Position numbers and translations under genes: made by a program. DNA of 64,000 nucleotides from an uncultured delta proteobacterium (GTDB lineage Bacteria > Myxococcota_A > Polyangia > Polyangiales > Polyangiaceae): contig CAWJCS010000006.1 in the NCBI GenBank assembly GCA_963841435.1, positions 384,001-448,000 of the forward strand. Reading direction: 5' to 3'. Positions 10,463 through 24,534 of the stretch are shown in pieces. Numbering within the stretch: position 1 is the first letter of the stretch; every line of letters begins with the position of its first letter. The notes beneath the pieces were generated by a model. It ran no database searches, was not told where the DNA came from, and saw nothing but the letters and a program-made list of their open reading frames with translations.

Positions 10463-11926
10463 TCACAGCTCGTGGGGCATGAGATCGTACGGCGAACGGA
10501 AGAACTGTTGCGGTGAGTACGCCGACAGGCACGACACGCGCCGCATGTAGATGTCCGCGTAGAGCTCCACCTGGAGCCCGAAGCTCGACATCTCGTTCTG
10601 CTCCTTGAGCAGCGAGCCGAAGTAGGGGTGAAATTGAGCCGAGACCCGTTCGGCGCGCGCGTCCGCCTCCGCGAGGTTCCCCCTGAGCTCGGCGCGCACA
10701 CGCTCGAGGGCACGCTTGACCCGCAAGCGCTCCAGATCGTTCTTCTCGCTCGACGCGCGTGTGAGCTCCTTGAAGCGTGCTTGATAGAAGCGCAGCTCGT
10801 CCTCGAGCTCCTCGCGCTGCTCGTCGAGCTCGCGCATGCGCTTCAAATCGAGGCTCGACGATTCGTGTGCGGCGACCTCGTCGCCGAGCTCCTGGATGAT
10901 CATGGCGGTGTACCACGACGTTTCCTTTTTCGAACGCAGGATGTCGCCGTAGATGTGGTCGCCAACGTAAAGGATGCTCGAGCCCGGGACGTCGAGCAGC
11001 CGCTCGAATTCCTCCAGGTTGCCCCCTTCGTAGGCCTTGCCGCGCTCGAGCGCGCCGCGCACTGGGCGTAGCGCGTCGCCGTCGCGCTCCATGAGCGGGC
11101 GGCCGTCCTGGAACCAGCTCGGCTTCTTGGCTGAGCAGATCACGAACTCGAAGAAGTGGCGCCAGCTCGGGTACTCGGGCATCGCCTCGCCGAGCAGGTA
11201 CGTCATCATGAGGTCGGTGTAGCTCCAGGGCGAGTTCGTAAGCAAAAATAGCCGCTTGCCCGCCGAGCGCAGCTTGTGCAGCGTGCGCGCGAGCTCGGCG
11301 TCGCGATCGACGAACTCGTCGAACGCTGCGGTCACGACGCGGTAGACGGTGCCGTCCGCGTGGGCCTCGTCGATCGAGGCGCGCACGTCCTGGAACAGCC
11401 GGTCGTAGTCCACGGTCTCGCCGCGTGCCTCGAGTGCGCTCACGACGGCGGCGTAGCTCGTGACTTCGCTGAGCGCGAAGAGCGTGTCGATCCAATGGTA
11501 GCGCGCGGTGTGCGGCCGAATGCGCTTGTCGTGGTAGAGCGCGGCGAGCTCGTCATGCGGCAGCCGCCTCATGCCGTGGTAGCCGCGGTGCACGACCTTG
11601 TAGCGGTCCATCTTGAGCACGTGGCCGTACTTGCGGTCGACGAGGAGGCCCCGGATGGGAAAGCGGGGATCGTAGGTGAGATCGCGCAGGGTAGCCGGGT
11701 AGCCGCGGCGGATCAGGCGCTCGACGGTGAGCTCGACGCTCAGCGCGTCCATCCTGTCCTGGCGGTAGATCGCCAGGGTGTAGTCCATGTCGAAGCCGAT
11801 CCACTCGATGCCCGACAGACGAAGATCGCGGTTCACGAAGACGCGGTCGGCGCGCGGGATTTTGTTGGGTTGCGACGGCGGCCCCGCGATGCCGTCGAGC
11901 GGGAGCAGAAGCTGGTGGATCGCCAC
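10463..11926 (-). CDS. HAD-IG family (cytosolic purine) 5'-nucleotidase
   Basis: VFVNR, GFDMDYTLAIY, LLTNS and YVGDHIYGDI motifs. Confidence 0.93.
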   Translation of the reverse strand: MAIHQLLLPLDGIAGPPSQPNKIPRADRVFVNRDLRLSGIEWIGFDMDYTLAIYRQDRMDALSVELTVERLIRRGYPATLRDLTYDPRFPIRGLLVDRKYGHVLKMDRYKVVHRGYHGMRRLPHDELAALYHDKRIRPHTARYHWIDTLFALSEVTSYAAVVSALEARGETVDYDRLFQDVRASIDEAHADGTVYRVVTAAFDEFVDRDAELARTLHKLRSAGKRLFLLTNSPWSYTDLMMTYLLGEAMPEYPSWRHFFEFVICSAKKPSWFQDGRPLMERDGDALRPVRGALERGKAYEGGNLEEFERLLDVPGSSILYVGDHIYGDILRSKKETSWYTAMIIQELGDEVAAHESSSLDLKRMRELDEQREELEDELRFYQARFKELTRASSEKNDLERLRVKRALERVRAELRGNLAEADARAERVSAQFHPYFGSLLKEQNEMSSFGLQVELYADIYMRRVSCLSAYSPQQFFRSPYDLMPHEL

Positions 11927-11969
11927 GTGTGCTCGGATCCGGAAAGCTTAGCACCGACCCGACACGAGG

Positions 11970-13046
11970 TCAGAAAGCGGCGCGCGGGACGACACCGTGG
12001 CCCTTCGCGCCGACGTCGAGCGCGAGGCGGGGCCCCGTGGCGTCGTACCCCCCCGCGAACGGGTCCGTCTCGAGGAAGAACGGCGTGTCGAGATCGACGA
12101 ACGCGAAGCCTCCGAGGCCGCCCGCGAGGCACGCCGACATGCCCATGGCGAGGCGCGTCTCGACCATGCCGCCCACCATCAAGCCGAGCCCGGCGGCCCG
12201 GGCGCCGATCGCGATGTCGAGGGCGCCCACGACGCCGCTCTTCATGATCTTCACGTTGACGACATCGGCGGCTTCGCTCCGCACGAGCTGTTCGAGGTCG
12301 GCCAGCGTCCGCACGCTCTCGTCGGCTGCGACGACGGCGCCGGCCTCGCGCACGGCCCGCAAGCTCGCGAGGTCGTCTGCCTCCGTCGGCTGCTCGAACA
12401 GCACGACGCGCTCGCGGAGCGAGCCCAAGGCCCGCAGCATGCGGATGGCCTCTTCGGCGGACAGGCTCGCGTTGGCGTCGAGCACGAAACGCGCTTCGGG
12501 CGCGGCCGCCGCGGCGCAGCGCAGCCGTTCGAGGTCGTGCACGAGCGGCGCGCCGCCCACCTTGAGCTTGAGCGTCGAGAACCCGGCGTCGCGCGCGGCC
12601 GTGGCTTGCGTCGTCGCCTGCTCGGCGCTCCCGGTCGTGAGCGTGATGTCGGTCTCGAGCGCGGGGTCTGCGCCGCCGAAGAAGTGGAATAGCGAGATGC
12701 CCGCGTGGCGAGCGAAGGCGTCGAGCAGCGCCGTCTCGAACGCGCACAGGGCGCTCGGTGTCGCCGCGAGGGCGAGACGGGCCACGCGCGATGCCGCGCG
12801 CCAGCTCTGGAGCTCGAGCCCCACGAGCGAGTGCTCGGCGGCGGCGAGCGCCGCCATGACGGCGTCGCGCGTCTCGCCCGACACCGCGCGAAACGGTGCG
12901 GCCTCGCCGTAGCCCCGCGTGCCGTCCTCGGCGGTCAGCGTGACGAGCACGTTCTCGGCGACCGTTTGCGAGCCCGTGGCGATGCCGAACGCTTCTCGGA
13001 GCTCCACGTCGAAGCGGGTGACCTCGAGCTTCTGGATCCGCGGCAT
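11970..13046 (-). CDS. Dipeptide (L-Ala-D/L-Glu) epimerase, enolase superfamily
   Basis: KLKVG, DAN, EQP, ADES, NVKIMKSG, GGMVET and DLD motifs. Confidence 0.88.
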   Translation of the reverse strand: MPRIQKLEVTRFDVELREAFGIATGSQTVAENVLVTLTAEDGTRGYGEAAPFRAVSGETRDAVMAALAAAEHSLVGLELQSWRAASRVARLALAATPSALCAFETALLDAFARHAGISLFHFFGGADPALETDITLTTGSAEQATTQATAARDAGFSTLKLKVGGAPLVHDLERLRCAAAAAPEARFVLDANASLSAEEAIRMLRALGSLRERVVLFEQPTEADDLASLRAVREAGAVVAADESVRTLADLEQLVRSEAADVVNVKIMKSGVVGALDIAIGARAAGLGLMVGGMVETRLAMGMSACLAGGLGGFAFVDLDTPFFLETDPFAGGYDATGPRLALDVGAKGHGVVPRAAF

Positions 13047-13075
13047 GTCCCGGGTGATGAGGGTACACTCTCCCG

Positions 13076-13783
13076 GTGCGCCCGCTCGCGATTCTGGTCA
13101 CCGGAGACCCGGTCGAAACCGTGGGTCGCCGCCGCGGGCCGTTCGCGGAGCTCTTTCGCGCCGCGCTCGGCGAGGACGGGGCGGGCGAGCTCTTGTCCTT
13201 CGATGCCCGGCGTGGCGAGCTTCCGGCCCCGGGCCAGGTGGCGGCGCTCATCATCACCGGCTCGGCTGCGTCGGTCACCTCGCGCGAGCCGTGGATGGTG
13301 GCCTCCGAGCGGGGGGTCGCCCGGCTCGTCGCCGACGGCGTGCCCACGCTCGGCGTCTGCTTCGGGCACCAGCTGCTCGCCCAGGCGCTCGGCGGCGAGG
13401 TGACTCAGAACCCCCTCGGGCGCGAGATGGGGACGGTCAGCCTGAGCGTAGTCGCCGACGATCCCTGGCTTTCGGGCCTCCCCGAGCGACTCGACACCAA
13501 TATGAGCCATCGCGACTCGGCGCTCAGGCTGCCCGAGGGCGCACGCGTGCTCGGGCGCACCGAGCTCGAGCCGCACGCGCTGGTGCGCTTCGGGGAGCGC
13601 ACCGTCGGCATGCAATTCCACCCCGAGTTCGACGGCGACGTGATGCGCGCCTACATCGAGGCCCGTCGTGAAGTGCTCGCCGTCGAGGGCGTGGCGCCCG
13701 ACGGCCTCGCGGCTCGTGACGCGCCGCTCGCCGTCGAGCTGCTCAGGCGCTTCGTGCGCTCGTTTCGCGACCTTCAGCCGTAA
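13076..13783 (+). CDS. Class I glutamine amidotransferase-like protein
   Basis: IITGS, LGVCFGHQLLAQALGG and QFHPE catalytic triad motifs. Confidence 0.9.
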   Translation: MRPLAILVTGDPVETVGRRRGPFAELFRAALGEDGAGELLSFDARRGELPAPGQVAALIITGSAASVTSREPWMVASERGVARLVADGVPTLGVCFGHQLLAQALGGEVTQNPLGREMGTVSLSVVADDPWLSGLPERLDTNMSHRDSALRLPEGARVLGRTELEPHALVRFGERTVGMQFHPEFDGDVMRAYIEARREVLAVEGVAPDGLAARDAPLAVELLRRFVRSFRDLQP

Positions 13784-13858
13784 ATCGCTTGGCGCCGCGG
13801 GCGTGGGGTCCCTTCGGGCGTTGCGGGGAGGAGGTCTCGACGCTATGAGCCCGCGTCC

Positions 13859-14962
13859 ATGGGCTTCTCCTGCGGCATCGTCGGGCTCCCCAACGTCGGC
13901 AAAAGCACGTTGTTCAATTCGCTTTCGAGCGCCAAGGCCGAGGCGGCAAACTTTCCGTTTTGCACGATCGAGCCGAACGTCGGGGTCGTCACCGTGCCCG
14001 ACCCGCGTGTCGAGGCGCTCGCCAAAGTCTGCGACCCCGAGCGCAAGGTCTACACGACGATCCGCTTCGTCGACATCGCGGGACTCGTGCGCGGCGCGTC
14101 CAAGGGGGAGGGGCTCGGCAACCAGTTCCTTTCCCACATCCGCGAGGTCGACGCCGTCGCGCACGTCGTCCGCTGCTTCACCGACGAGAACGTCGTGCAC
14201 GTCGAGGGGCGCGTCGATCCGGTCGCGGACATCGCCACGATCGACACCGAGCTTTGCCTCAAGGATCTCGACACCGTCAACAAGCGCCTCGACCGCGCCC
14301 GCAAGCAGTCGAAGAGCGGCGACCCAGAGGAACGGCTCGCCGTCGGGCTGTGCGAGCGACTCAGCGCTCACCTCGATCAGGGCAAGCCCGCGCGCTCGTT
14401 CGCACTCGCGGAGTCCGAGCAGGGCATCGTGCGCGAGCTGTCGCTTTTGACGGCCAAGCCCGTCTTTTACGTCGCGAACGTCGACGAGGCGTCGCTCGGC
14501 AAGCTCGAAGAGAACCCACACTACGTGGCGCTCACGGCCTACGCACGCGCCGAGGGCTCGCGCGTCGTGCCGATCTCGGCGGCGCTCGAGGCGCAGATCG
14601 CCGAGCTCGAGCCGCCAGAGCGGCCGGACTTTCTCGCGAGCGCGGGGCTCGAGGAGCCAGGGCTCTTCGCGGTGATTCGCACGGGGTACGAGCTGCTCGG
14701 CCTCATCACCTTCCTCACGGCCGGCAAGCAGGAGGTGCGCGCCTGGACGGTGAGGAAAGGTGCGACAGCGCCGCAGGCCGCCGGTGTCATCCACACCGAC
14801 TTCGAGCGCGGCTTCATCAAGGCCGAGGTCATCCGCTGGGAGGATTACGTGGCGCTCGGGAGCGAGGCCAAGTGCCGAGAAGCCGGAAAGCTTGCCATCG
14901 AGGGGAAGGACTACGTCGTAAAAGACGGCGACGTGATGCACTTTCGCTTCAACGTGAGCTAA
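13859..14962 (+). CDS. ychF: Redox-regulated ATPase YchF
   Basis: GLPNVGKSTLFN, ANFPFCTIEPN, DIAGLVRGASKGEGLGNQFL and a C-terminal TGS domain. Confidence 0.98.
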   Translation: MGFSCGIVGLPNVGKSTLFNSLSSAKAEAANFPFCTIEPNVGVVTVPDPRVEALAKVCDPERKVYTTIRFVDIAGLVRGASKGEGLGNQFLSHIREVDAVAHVVRCFTDENVVHVEGRVDPVADIATIDTELCLKDLDTVNKRLDRARKQSKSGDPEERLAVGLCERLSAHLDQGKPARSFALAESEQGIVRELSLLTAKPVFYVANVDEASLGKLEENPHYVALTAYARAEGSRVVPISAALEAQIAELEPPERPDFLASAGLEEPGLFAVIRTGYELLGLITFLTAGKQEVRAWTVRKGATAPQAAGVIHTDFERGFIKAEVIRWEDYVALGSEAKCREAGKLAIEGKDYVVKDGDVMHFRFNVS

Positions 14963-14978
14963 CCTAAGGGATCGTCCG

Positions 14979-15347
14979 ATGCGGCTCTCGCTGCCCCACG
15001 TCGCTTTTTTCCTCGCGCCTCTCGGCTGTGCCCCTGCCACCAAGGTGGTGCCGCTCCAGCAGCCGAACGCCTACCGCATCGAATGCGTCGAGCCCGGGGG
15101 CTGCCAGCGGAAGGCGGCGGAGACCTGCGGCTCGCGGTTTGCCGTGGTGAGTGAGTGGAAGAGCCCGATTGCGGAGAGCGACCTGCCGGGACCGAACGAA
15201 TACACGGAGCACACCGGCGTGCTCGGTGAGACGCGCGCTTTCCCGCGGCAGTCGACGTTCGCCGAGCCCACGTCGAACGCAGGGCCCACGTTCGAGTCCC
15301 TCGAGCCGATCGGCATGACCGAGCTCGAGGTGGTCTGCTCGCGCTAG
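14979..15347 (+). CDS. Small hypothetical lipoprotein
   Basis: Lipobox PLGC, paired Cys (IEC...GCQRKAAETC...VVC), AAGGG upstream. Confidence 0.6.
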   Translation: MRLSLPHVAFFLAPLGCAPATKVVPLQQPNAYRIECVEPGGCQRKAAETCGSRFAVVSEWKSPIAESDLPGPNEYTEHTGVLGETRAFPRQSTFAEPTSNAGPTFESLEPIGMTELEVVCSR

Positions 15348-15373
15348 TCCTGATCGCGGAGCAGCGCTTCGCG

Positions 15374-15826
15374 TCAGCGAGTGCTCACGGCGTCGAGCCA
15401 CTGCGCGTGGAGGTCGGCGAGGCTCTCGACGGGTACCGGGCCGCCGAACGCGCCCGCGAAGCGCGCCGCCCACACGCTGACGACCAGCACGAGCAGCGCC
15501 GCGAAGGCCGTGGTCGCCGCGCGCCCCGTCCACCAGCCAGGCGGTGGCAAGGCGCGGCCCGGTCCGCGCACGTAGTCGAGCAGCACCTTGCCGAGCGCAC
15601 CCGCGAACAGCGGCACGAGCAACGGCGAGAGCGGATGGTAGTGGAGGGCAGTGCCAAGCTCGCCGTGCAGCATCGCGACCGTCGCGCGCGTGAGCCCGCA
15701 GCCTGGGCACGGCACCCCGAAGAAGAGCGCGGCCGGGCAGAACGGCGGACCGAACGCCGCGAAGAGCGAACCGCAGGCGGCGACCAGCCCGGCGACGAGC
15801 GCCCGCCGTGCCGCCGCGCGTTCCAC
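15374..15826 (-). CDS. DUF2752-domain membrane protein
   Basis: CP...GVPCPGCGLTRA...ALHYHPL signature. GTG start just after the upstream gene. Confidence 0.85.
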   Translation of the reverse strand: MERAAARRALVAGLVAACGSLFAAFGPPFCPAALFFGVPCPGCGLTRATVAMLHGELGTALHYHPLSPLLVPLFAGALGKVLLDYVRGPGRALPPPGWWTGRAATTAFAALLVLVVSVWAARFAGAFGGPVPVESLADLHAQWLDAVSTR

Positions 15827-15828
15827 GG

Positions 15829-17088
15829 CTAGCTCGGCTGTGCGCCGCCGGAGGCCTGCCACATCTCGTTCAGGTCCATGGGCAGGAAGTAGAGCGACAG
15901 GAAGAGGTAGAGGACCGGGTGTGGCACCTGCGGGTTCGGAACGCCGGCCATCTGCTTGGCCTCGAGGATCTTCGGCGGGAGGTTCCACATCTGGATCAGC
16001 CCGAGGATGGGGACGAAAAAGAGGATCGGGTTGATGTCGTCCTTGCCGCGGAACGCCTTGAGCTCGTTCAGCATCCCCCACAGCTGGATGAGCGCGTACA
16101 CGAAGCAGAGCATGCCGACGACGAGCACCATCACGGGGTTGCGCGTCTTGCCGACGGGGCCGCGCCCGCCGGCAGGCACGGGGACGAGCGGACCGCCCGG
16201 TGCGCCGGGATAGGGCGCGGGCGCACCGTAACCACCGCCGGGGGCGGCCGGGGGGCCGTAGCCCTGCTGGCCTTGCGGTTGCCCGTAGCCCCCGGGCTGC
16301 CCGTAGGCTCCGGGTTGACCGTAGCCCTGCTGCTGACCGGGTGGAGGAGCGAAGCCCCCCGGACCCGGCTGCTGCTGCCCGTAACCAACACCTGGTGGCG
16401 GGAAGCCATGTTGGTGCTGCTGGTGGTGCTGTTGTTCAGGGGGCTGCCCGTAGCCGCCACCTGGCGGCGGTCCGTATCCTGGCGGGCCGCCCGGAGGTGG
16501 GCCGAAGCCGCCCGCAGGATTGGGTGAGCCACCTGGAGGGCCGCCGTAGGGCCCGCCGCCCTGGCCGTAGGGATTGAACCCGACACCCGCAGGGTCGGCG
16601 ACCATCGTACCGCCGAGCGGATTGACGCCACCCGGAGGCGGGCCAGCGGGCGGGGATCCGGGTGAGGGCGGCGCACCCATGGGAGGCAGGGGTGCACCCA
16701 TGGGTGCTGGAGGGGCACCGGGAGGTGGGCCGGCCGCGGGCGGCGGCGCGCCGAACTGGGGCGGCGGGGCGGGCGAACCAGGCGGCGGAGCGTGCGCGCC
16801 CATCGATGGCGGAGCGACGCCCAGCATCGTGCCCTTCATGGCCGGACGACCTGGGCCCCCCGGAGCTGGCCCCGCGGCCGGAGCTGCGGGTGGTTGAGCG
16901 GGCGGCGGCGCGCCAGCGCCAGGCGGCGCCGCAGGGGCACCGGGCGGACGATTGATGCCCGCGGGGGCGTTCATCATCAGCATGGTCCCCTTGAACTTGG
17001 GGGCCGCTGCGCCCTTTAGGTTGAACCCACACTTTTTGCAGGTCGTCGCCGCGTTGTCATTCTCAGTGCCACAGTTCGGGCAAAACAC
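15829..17088 (-). CDS. Zinc-ribbon + Pro/Gly/Gln-rich linker + C-terminal membrane domain (DUF4234-like)
   Basis: MFCPNCG...CKKCG, long PG/GYGQ low-complexity region, GKTRNP followed by hydrophobic segments. Confidence 0.8.
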   Translation of the reverse strand: MFCPNCGTENDNAATTCKKCGFNLKGAAAPKFKGTMLMMNAPAGINRPPGAPAAPPGAGAPPPAQPPAAPAAGPAPGGPGRPAMKGTMLGVAPPSMGAHAPPPGSPAPPPQFGAPPPAAGPPPGAPPAPMGAPLPPMGAPPSPGSPPAGPPPGGVNPLGGTMVADPAGVGFNPYGQGGGPYGGPPGGSPNPAGGFGPPPGGPPGYGPPPGGGYGQPPEQQHHQQHQHGFPPPGVGYGQQQPGPGGFAPPPGQQQGYGQPGAYGQPGGYGQPQGQQGYGPPAAPGGGYGAPAPYPGAPGGPLVPVPAGGRGPVGKTRNPVMVLVVGMLCFVYALIQLWGMLNELKAFRGKDDINPILFFVPILGLIQMWNLPPKILEAKQMAGVPNPQVPHPVLYLFLSLYFLPMDLNEMWQASGGAQPS

Positions 17089-17130
17089 ACCGCACCTCCG
17101 CGAGGTTTGCTCGGCATCGAGCGGGTCCCT

Positions 17131-17159
17131 ACCCTAGAGCGCCCCCCGACGTACTACAA
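17131..17159 (-). promoter_or_regulatory. Possible sigma70 promoter for the zinc-ribbon gene, TTGTAG-N17-TAGGGT
   Basis: Exact 17-nt spacer. Divergent from the nuoE promoter. Confidence 0.45.
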
Positions 17160-17196
17160 GCGGGTTCATTCGAAGTGAGCTTGGCGAGGGGCGAGC

Positions 17197-17225
17197 TTGA
17201 CACCGAGCTTTGCGCTCACTACGTT
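17197..17225 (+). promoter_or_regulatory. Sigma70 promoter for the nuo operon, TTGACA-N17-TACGTT
   Basis: Perfect -35 hexamer and 17-nt spacer, about 100 nt upstream of nuoE. Confidence 0.7.
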
Positions 17226-17328
17226 CGCGTCGCCGAAAACCCGCCGCTCTTCCCACCTTCTCTCGCTCCGCGCCCGCGATGGACCGACCCGCGTTTCGCA
17301 GAGCCCATTCCACAGTCCGGAAACACCC

Positions 17329-17821
17329 ATGGCTTTTTCGCTCACCGCCGAGCAAAACCGCCAACTCGAACGGATCCTCGCGCGCTATCCGAACAAGATG
17401 GCCGCGTGCATCCCCGTGCTTCACCTCTGCCAGGAGGCGAACGAGAACTGGGTGTCGGACGAGGTGATCGAGTTCGTGTCGAAGCGGCTCGACCTGAGCC
17501 CGGCGCACGTGACAGGGCGTCGTCACGTTCTACACGCTGTTCAACCAGAGCCGCCGTCGGCAAGCACCAGGTCTGGGTCTGCCGCACGCTCTCCTGCGCG
17601 CTTGCGCGGCAGCGAGGCGATCCTCATGCACTGCGAGAAGCGGCTCGGCTGTCCACGCCGGCGAGACCAGCAAGGACGGCAAGGTCACGCTGCGCACCGC
17701 CGAGTGTCTCGCCTCGTGCGGCACGGCGCCGATGATGCAGGTCGACAAGCGCTACCACGAGAATCTGACCATCGAGAAGGTGGACCGGCATCCTCGACGC
17801 GCTCACCCGGCTGAGCGAGCG

Positions 17822-17828
<7 letters not shown>
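17329..17828 (+). CDS. nuoE: NADH-quinone oxidoreductase subunit E (several frameshifts; end approximate)
   Basis: RYPNKMAACIPVLHLCQ, VTFYTLF, VCRTLSC and ECLASCGTAPMMQV recovered across frames. Confidence 0.9.
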
Positions 17829-19171
<1,343 letters not shown>

Positions 19172-19175
<4 letters not shown>

Positions 19176-19798
19176 TGCAGGTCGGAAACCTCTTCTTCTT
19201 GCTGATGGCGGCCACGAGCCTCGCCGGGGCGCTCGGTACCGTGGCGGCGCGGAACCCCATCCGCTGCGCCGTGGGCCTGCTGGTCACGATCGTCGGGCAT
19301 CGCCGGGCTTGTTCCTGCGGCTCAACGCGCAGTTTCTCGCGGCCATCCAGCTCATCGTCTACGCGGGCGCCGTCGTCGTGCTGTTCGTCTTCGTCATCAT
19401 GCTGCTCGGTCCCGACGCGGGCGCCGCAGCCGGCGGCATCCCGAAGACGCGGCTCTCGCGCGTGTTCGCCGGGCTCCTCGTTTCGGCGTCGTTGCCGTGG
19501 GCGGCGGTCGTGCTCACGGCGCGCGTGAGCACGCCCACGCCGTTCGGCCCGGTCGGCGCCGGAGCACGGCAGCGTCGAGCTCGTCGGGCGCGAGCTTTTC
19601 ACGAGCGCCATCGTTCCGTTCGAGCTCTCGACGGCGCTGCTCATCGTGGCCGTCGTGGGCGCCATCGCCGTCGCTCGCGCGCATCAGGGCGAGAAGCGAA
19701 AGGTGCCGCCGAGCAAGCTCGCCCCGCCGCAGCGCCTGTTCCACGGGCCGCTGCTCCCGCGGGACGCCGGGCGCCCGCTCGGCAAGGAGAGCGCGTGA
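19172..19798 (+). CDS. nuoJ: NADH-quinone oxidoreductase subunit J (frameshifted)
   Basis: [36 protein letters not shown] and [18 protein letters not shown]. Confidence 0.9.
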
Positions 19799-20118
19799 TG
19801 GCCGAGGTCGGACTGTTGGTGGAGCACTACGTCGCGGCTCGCGGGCGATCCTGTTCACGCTCGGCGCGATCGGCTTTCTGGTGCGGCGCAACGTGCTCGT
19901 GCAGCTCATGAGCATCGAGCTGATGCTGAACGCCGTGAACCTCGCGCTCGTCGCGTTCAACCGCCAGTCACACGGGCGACATGCACGGTCAGATGTTCGC
20001 CTTCTTCATCATCGCCGTCGCCGCGGCCGAAGCTGCGGTCGGCCTCGCCATCGTGCTCGCCTTTTACCGCTTGAAGTCCACCGTCATGAGCGACGAGGGA
20101 GACCAGCTCAAGCTCTGA
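19798..20118 (+). CDS. nuoK: NADH-quinone oxidoreductase subunit K (frameshifted)
   Basis: [20 protein letters not shown] and [23 protein letters not shown]. Confidence 0.92.
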
Positions 20119-20139
20119 TCTCGAGCTCCGAAAGACGCC

Positions 20140-22680
20140 ATGCAGTCGCTCACCGCCTTGTTTCCCGCACACGACTGCGACGCTCCTCGCGTTCATCGTG
20201 CTCTTGCCGCTGGTCGGCGCCATCGTGAACGGCGTGTTCGGCAAGCGGCTCGGCCGCGAAGCCGTGACCCTCATGGGCCTCACGAGCATTGCGCTGCCTT
20301 GTTCTCGTGAGCCTCGTCGCCTTCGTCATGCTCGGGGGCGCCGCAGGCGGCGCAGGCAGCCCCGCGCGCCTCAGCTGGACGGGCTGGGAGTGGCTGCAGC
20401 TCTCGCTCGTGGGTGGCGGTACCTTCTCGGTCTCGGTCGGGCTCATGCTCGACGCGCTGAGCGGCGACGATGGCGCTCGTCGTCACGGGCGTCGGCTTTC
20501 TCATCCACCTCTACTCCTCGAAGTACATGGAGGAGGATCCCGGCTACCACCGCTTCTTCACGTACCTGAACCTCTTCATCTTCTCGATGCTGGTGCTGAT
20601 CCTCGGCGACAGCTTGCCGGTGCTGTTCGTCGGGTGGGAGGGCGTGGGGCTCTGCAGCTACCTGCTCATCGGCTTCTGGTTCGACGACGAAAAGAACGCT
20701 GCGGCGGGCAAGAAGGCCTTCATCGCCAACCGCGTCGGCGACTTCGGGCTGCTCGTCGCCATGGGGCTGCTCGTCTACTACGTCGGCTCGCTCGACTGGG
20801 TGGGCATCGAGCGCGGGCGCTCGCAACAGACCTCATCGCAGCCGCATGGCGATCTGTCCAGTCGACTGCCCGGCTCTTCGGCATGAGCGCGCCGATCTAC
20901 GCCTACCGCGGCCACGCTCGTCGGCCTTGCGCTGTTCCTCGGCTGCGCCGGCAAGAGCGCGCAGATCCCGCTCTACGTGTGGCTACCGGACGCCATGGCC
21001 GGCCCCACGCCGGTGAGCGCGCTCATCCACGCCGCCACGATGGTGACGGCCGGCGTCTACCTCGTCTGCCGCATGTCGTTCATCTTCGTGCTGAGCCCGG
21101 CGGCGATGTTCACGGTCGCGCTCATCGGAGCGCTCACCGCGCGTCTTCGCGGCTACCATCGCGTTCGCTCAAAACGACATCAAGAAGGTGCTCGCCTACT
21201 CCACGGTGAGCCAGCTCGGCTACATGTTCCTCGGCGTGGGCGTCGGGGCATTCACGGCCGGGTTCTTCCACGTCATCACCCACGCCTTCTTCAAGGCCTG
21301 CCTCTTCCTCGGCGCCGGCTCGGTCATTCACGCGATGCACGCCCGCATCCACGACGCGGACGCCTCGCAGGACATGCGCCACATGGGCGGACTGCGGCGC
21401 TACCTGCCGATCACGTTCTGGACGTTCGCGGCGGCCTGTGCGGCCATCGTCGGCTTCCCGCTCACGAGCGGCTTCTTCTCGAAGGACGCCATCCTCCTCA
21501 GCGCGTTCACGAGCTCGGTGAAGGTGGAGCACGAGCGAATTCCGCTCGCGCGCGGCGGCACGTTCGATCTCTTCCTGTGGCCGAGCTGGGGCGGCGAGCT
21601 GCTCTACGGGCTCGGGCTGGCGGGCGCCGTGATGACGGCGTTCTACATGACGCGCCTTTTCATCGGCATCTTCTTCGGCGAATTTCCGCGGCTGGAAGAT
21701 CGTGAGAAGTGGCAGCCGCCAGCCCACGAGCACGGCCACGACGACCACGCTCACGAGCAGCCCGGCCCGGGGCTCAAAGGTCCGACGCCCCACGAGTCGC
21801 CGTGGCAGATGTGGGTGCCGCTCGCGATCCTCGGCGGTCTCTCGCTCGTCGCGGGCCTCTTGAACGCGCACCTGCTCGACATCCACGCGTTCGACCACTT
21901 CCTCGAGCCGGTGTTCGCGAAGGCCGCCGAAAGCGTGCACAAAAGCGAGGAGATCGCGGACGCCCCGTTCCTGGTGGCCGCCGTCGCGGCCTTCGCTCTC
22001 GGGTCGGGCAGCGCGTACTGGGTTTACGTCACGCGGCAGGGTGAGCCGGCGCGGGCGTTCACGGAGCGCTCGCCCGGCCTGTATGCGCTCGTGCGCGACA
22101 AGTGGCGCATCGACGAGCTCTACGAGGAAACGGTGATCGGCGCGGTGGACTCGCTGGCGGACATCGCCAAGGGATTCGACAAATGGGTGGTGGACGGCAT
22201 CATCGCCCGGCTCACTGCGTTCGTGGTGTCCGCGGCCGGCGGCATGCTGCGGGTGCTCCAGACCGGCAAGGTCCAAGCGTATGCCTTCGCGATGGTCGTG
22301 GGGCTCGCAGGGGTCGGCTGGTTCTTCTTCGCGCCACACGCCGAGGCCAGGGTGACGTCCGACGACGAGAAGGGCTCCTACGTCGTCGCACTCGCGCCGG
22401 GCCCCGGCTACGCCTACCGCTGGGACGCCGACGGTGACGGCAAGTGGGACGACCGTGAGCGCTTCAGCGGCAAACGCGAGCTCAAGTTCGATCTGGCCGT
22501 CGCCGAAGAGAAGAAGGTGCGCTTCGAGGTGCGCAACGTCTTCGGCCAGACCACCGAACGCACGCTCTCGATCGCGCGCCCGAAACCCGACCTCTCGGGG
22601 GCGGACCCGCAGGCCCAGCGCCTCGGTGGTGACCAGGGCGGGCAGCCACCCAAGGCCGCGCCGCCCGGCGGGAGGGCGCC

Positions 22681-22684
<4 letters not shown>
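20140..22684 (+). CDS. nuoL: NADH-quinone oxidoreductase subunit L (frameshifted 5' half; extra C-terminal domain)
   Basis: [68 protein letters not shown] and [10 protein letters not shown]. Confidence 0.93.
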
Positions 22685-24530
<1,846 letters not shown>

Positions 24531-24534
<4 letters not shown>

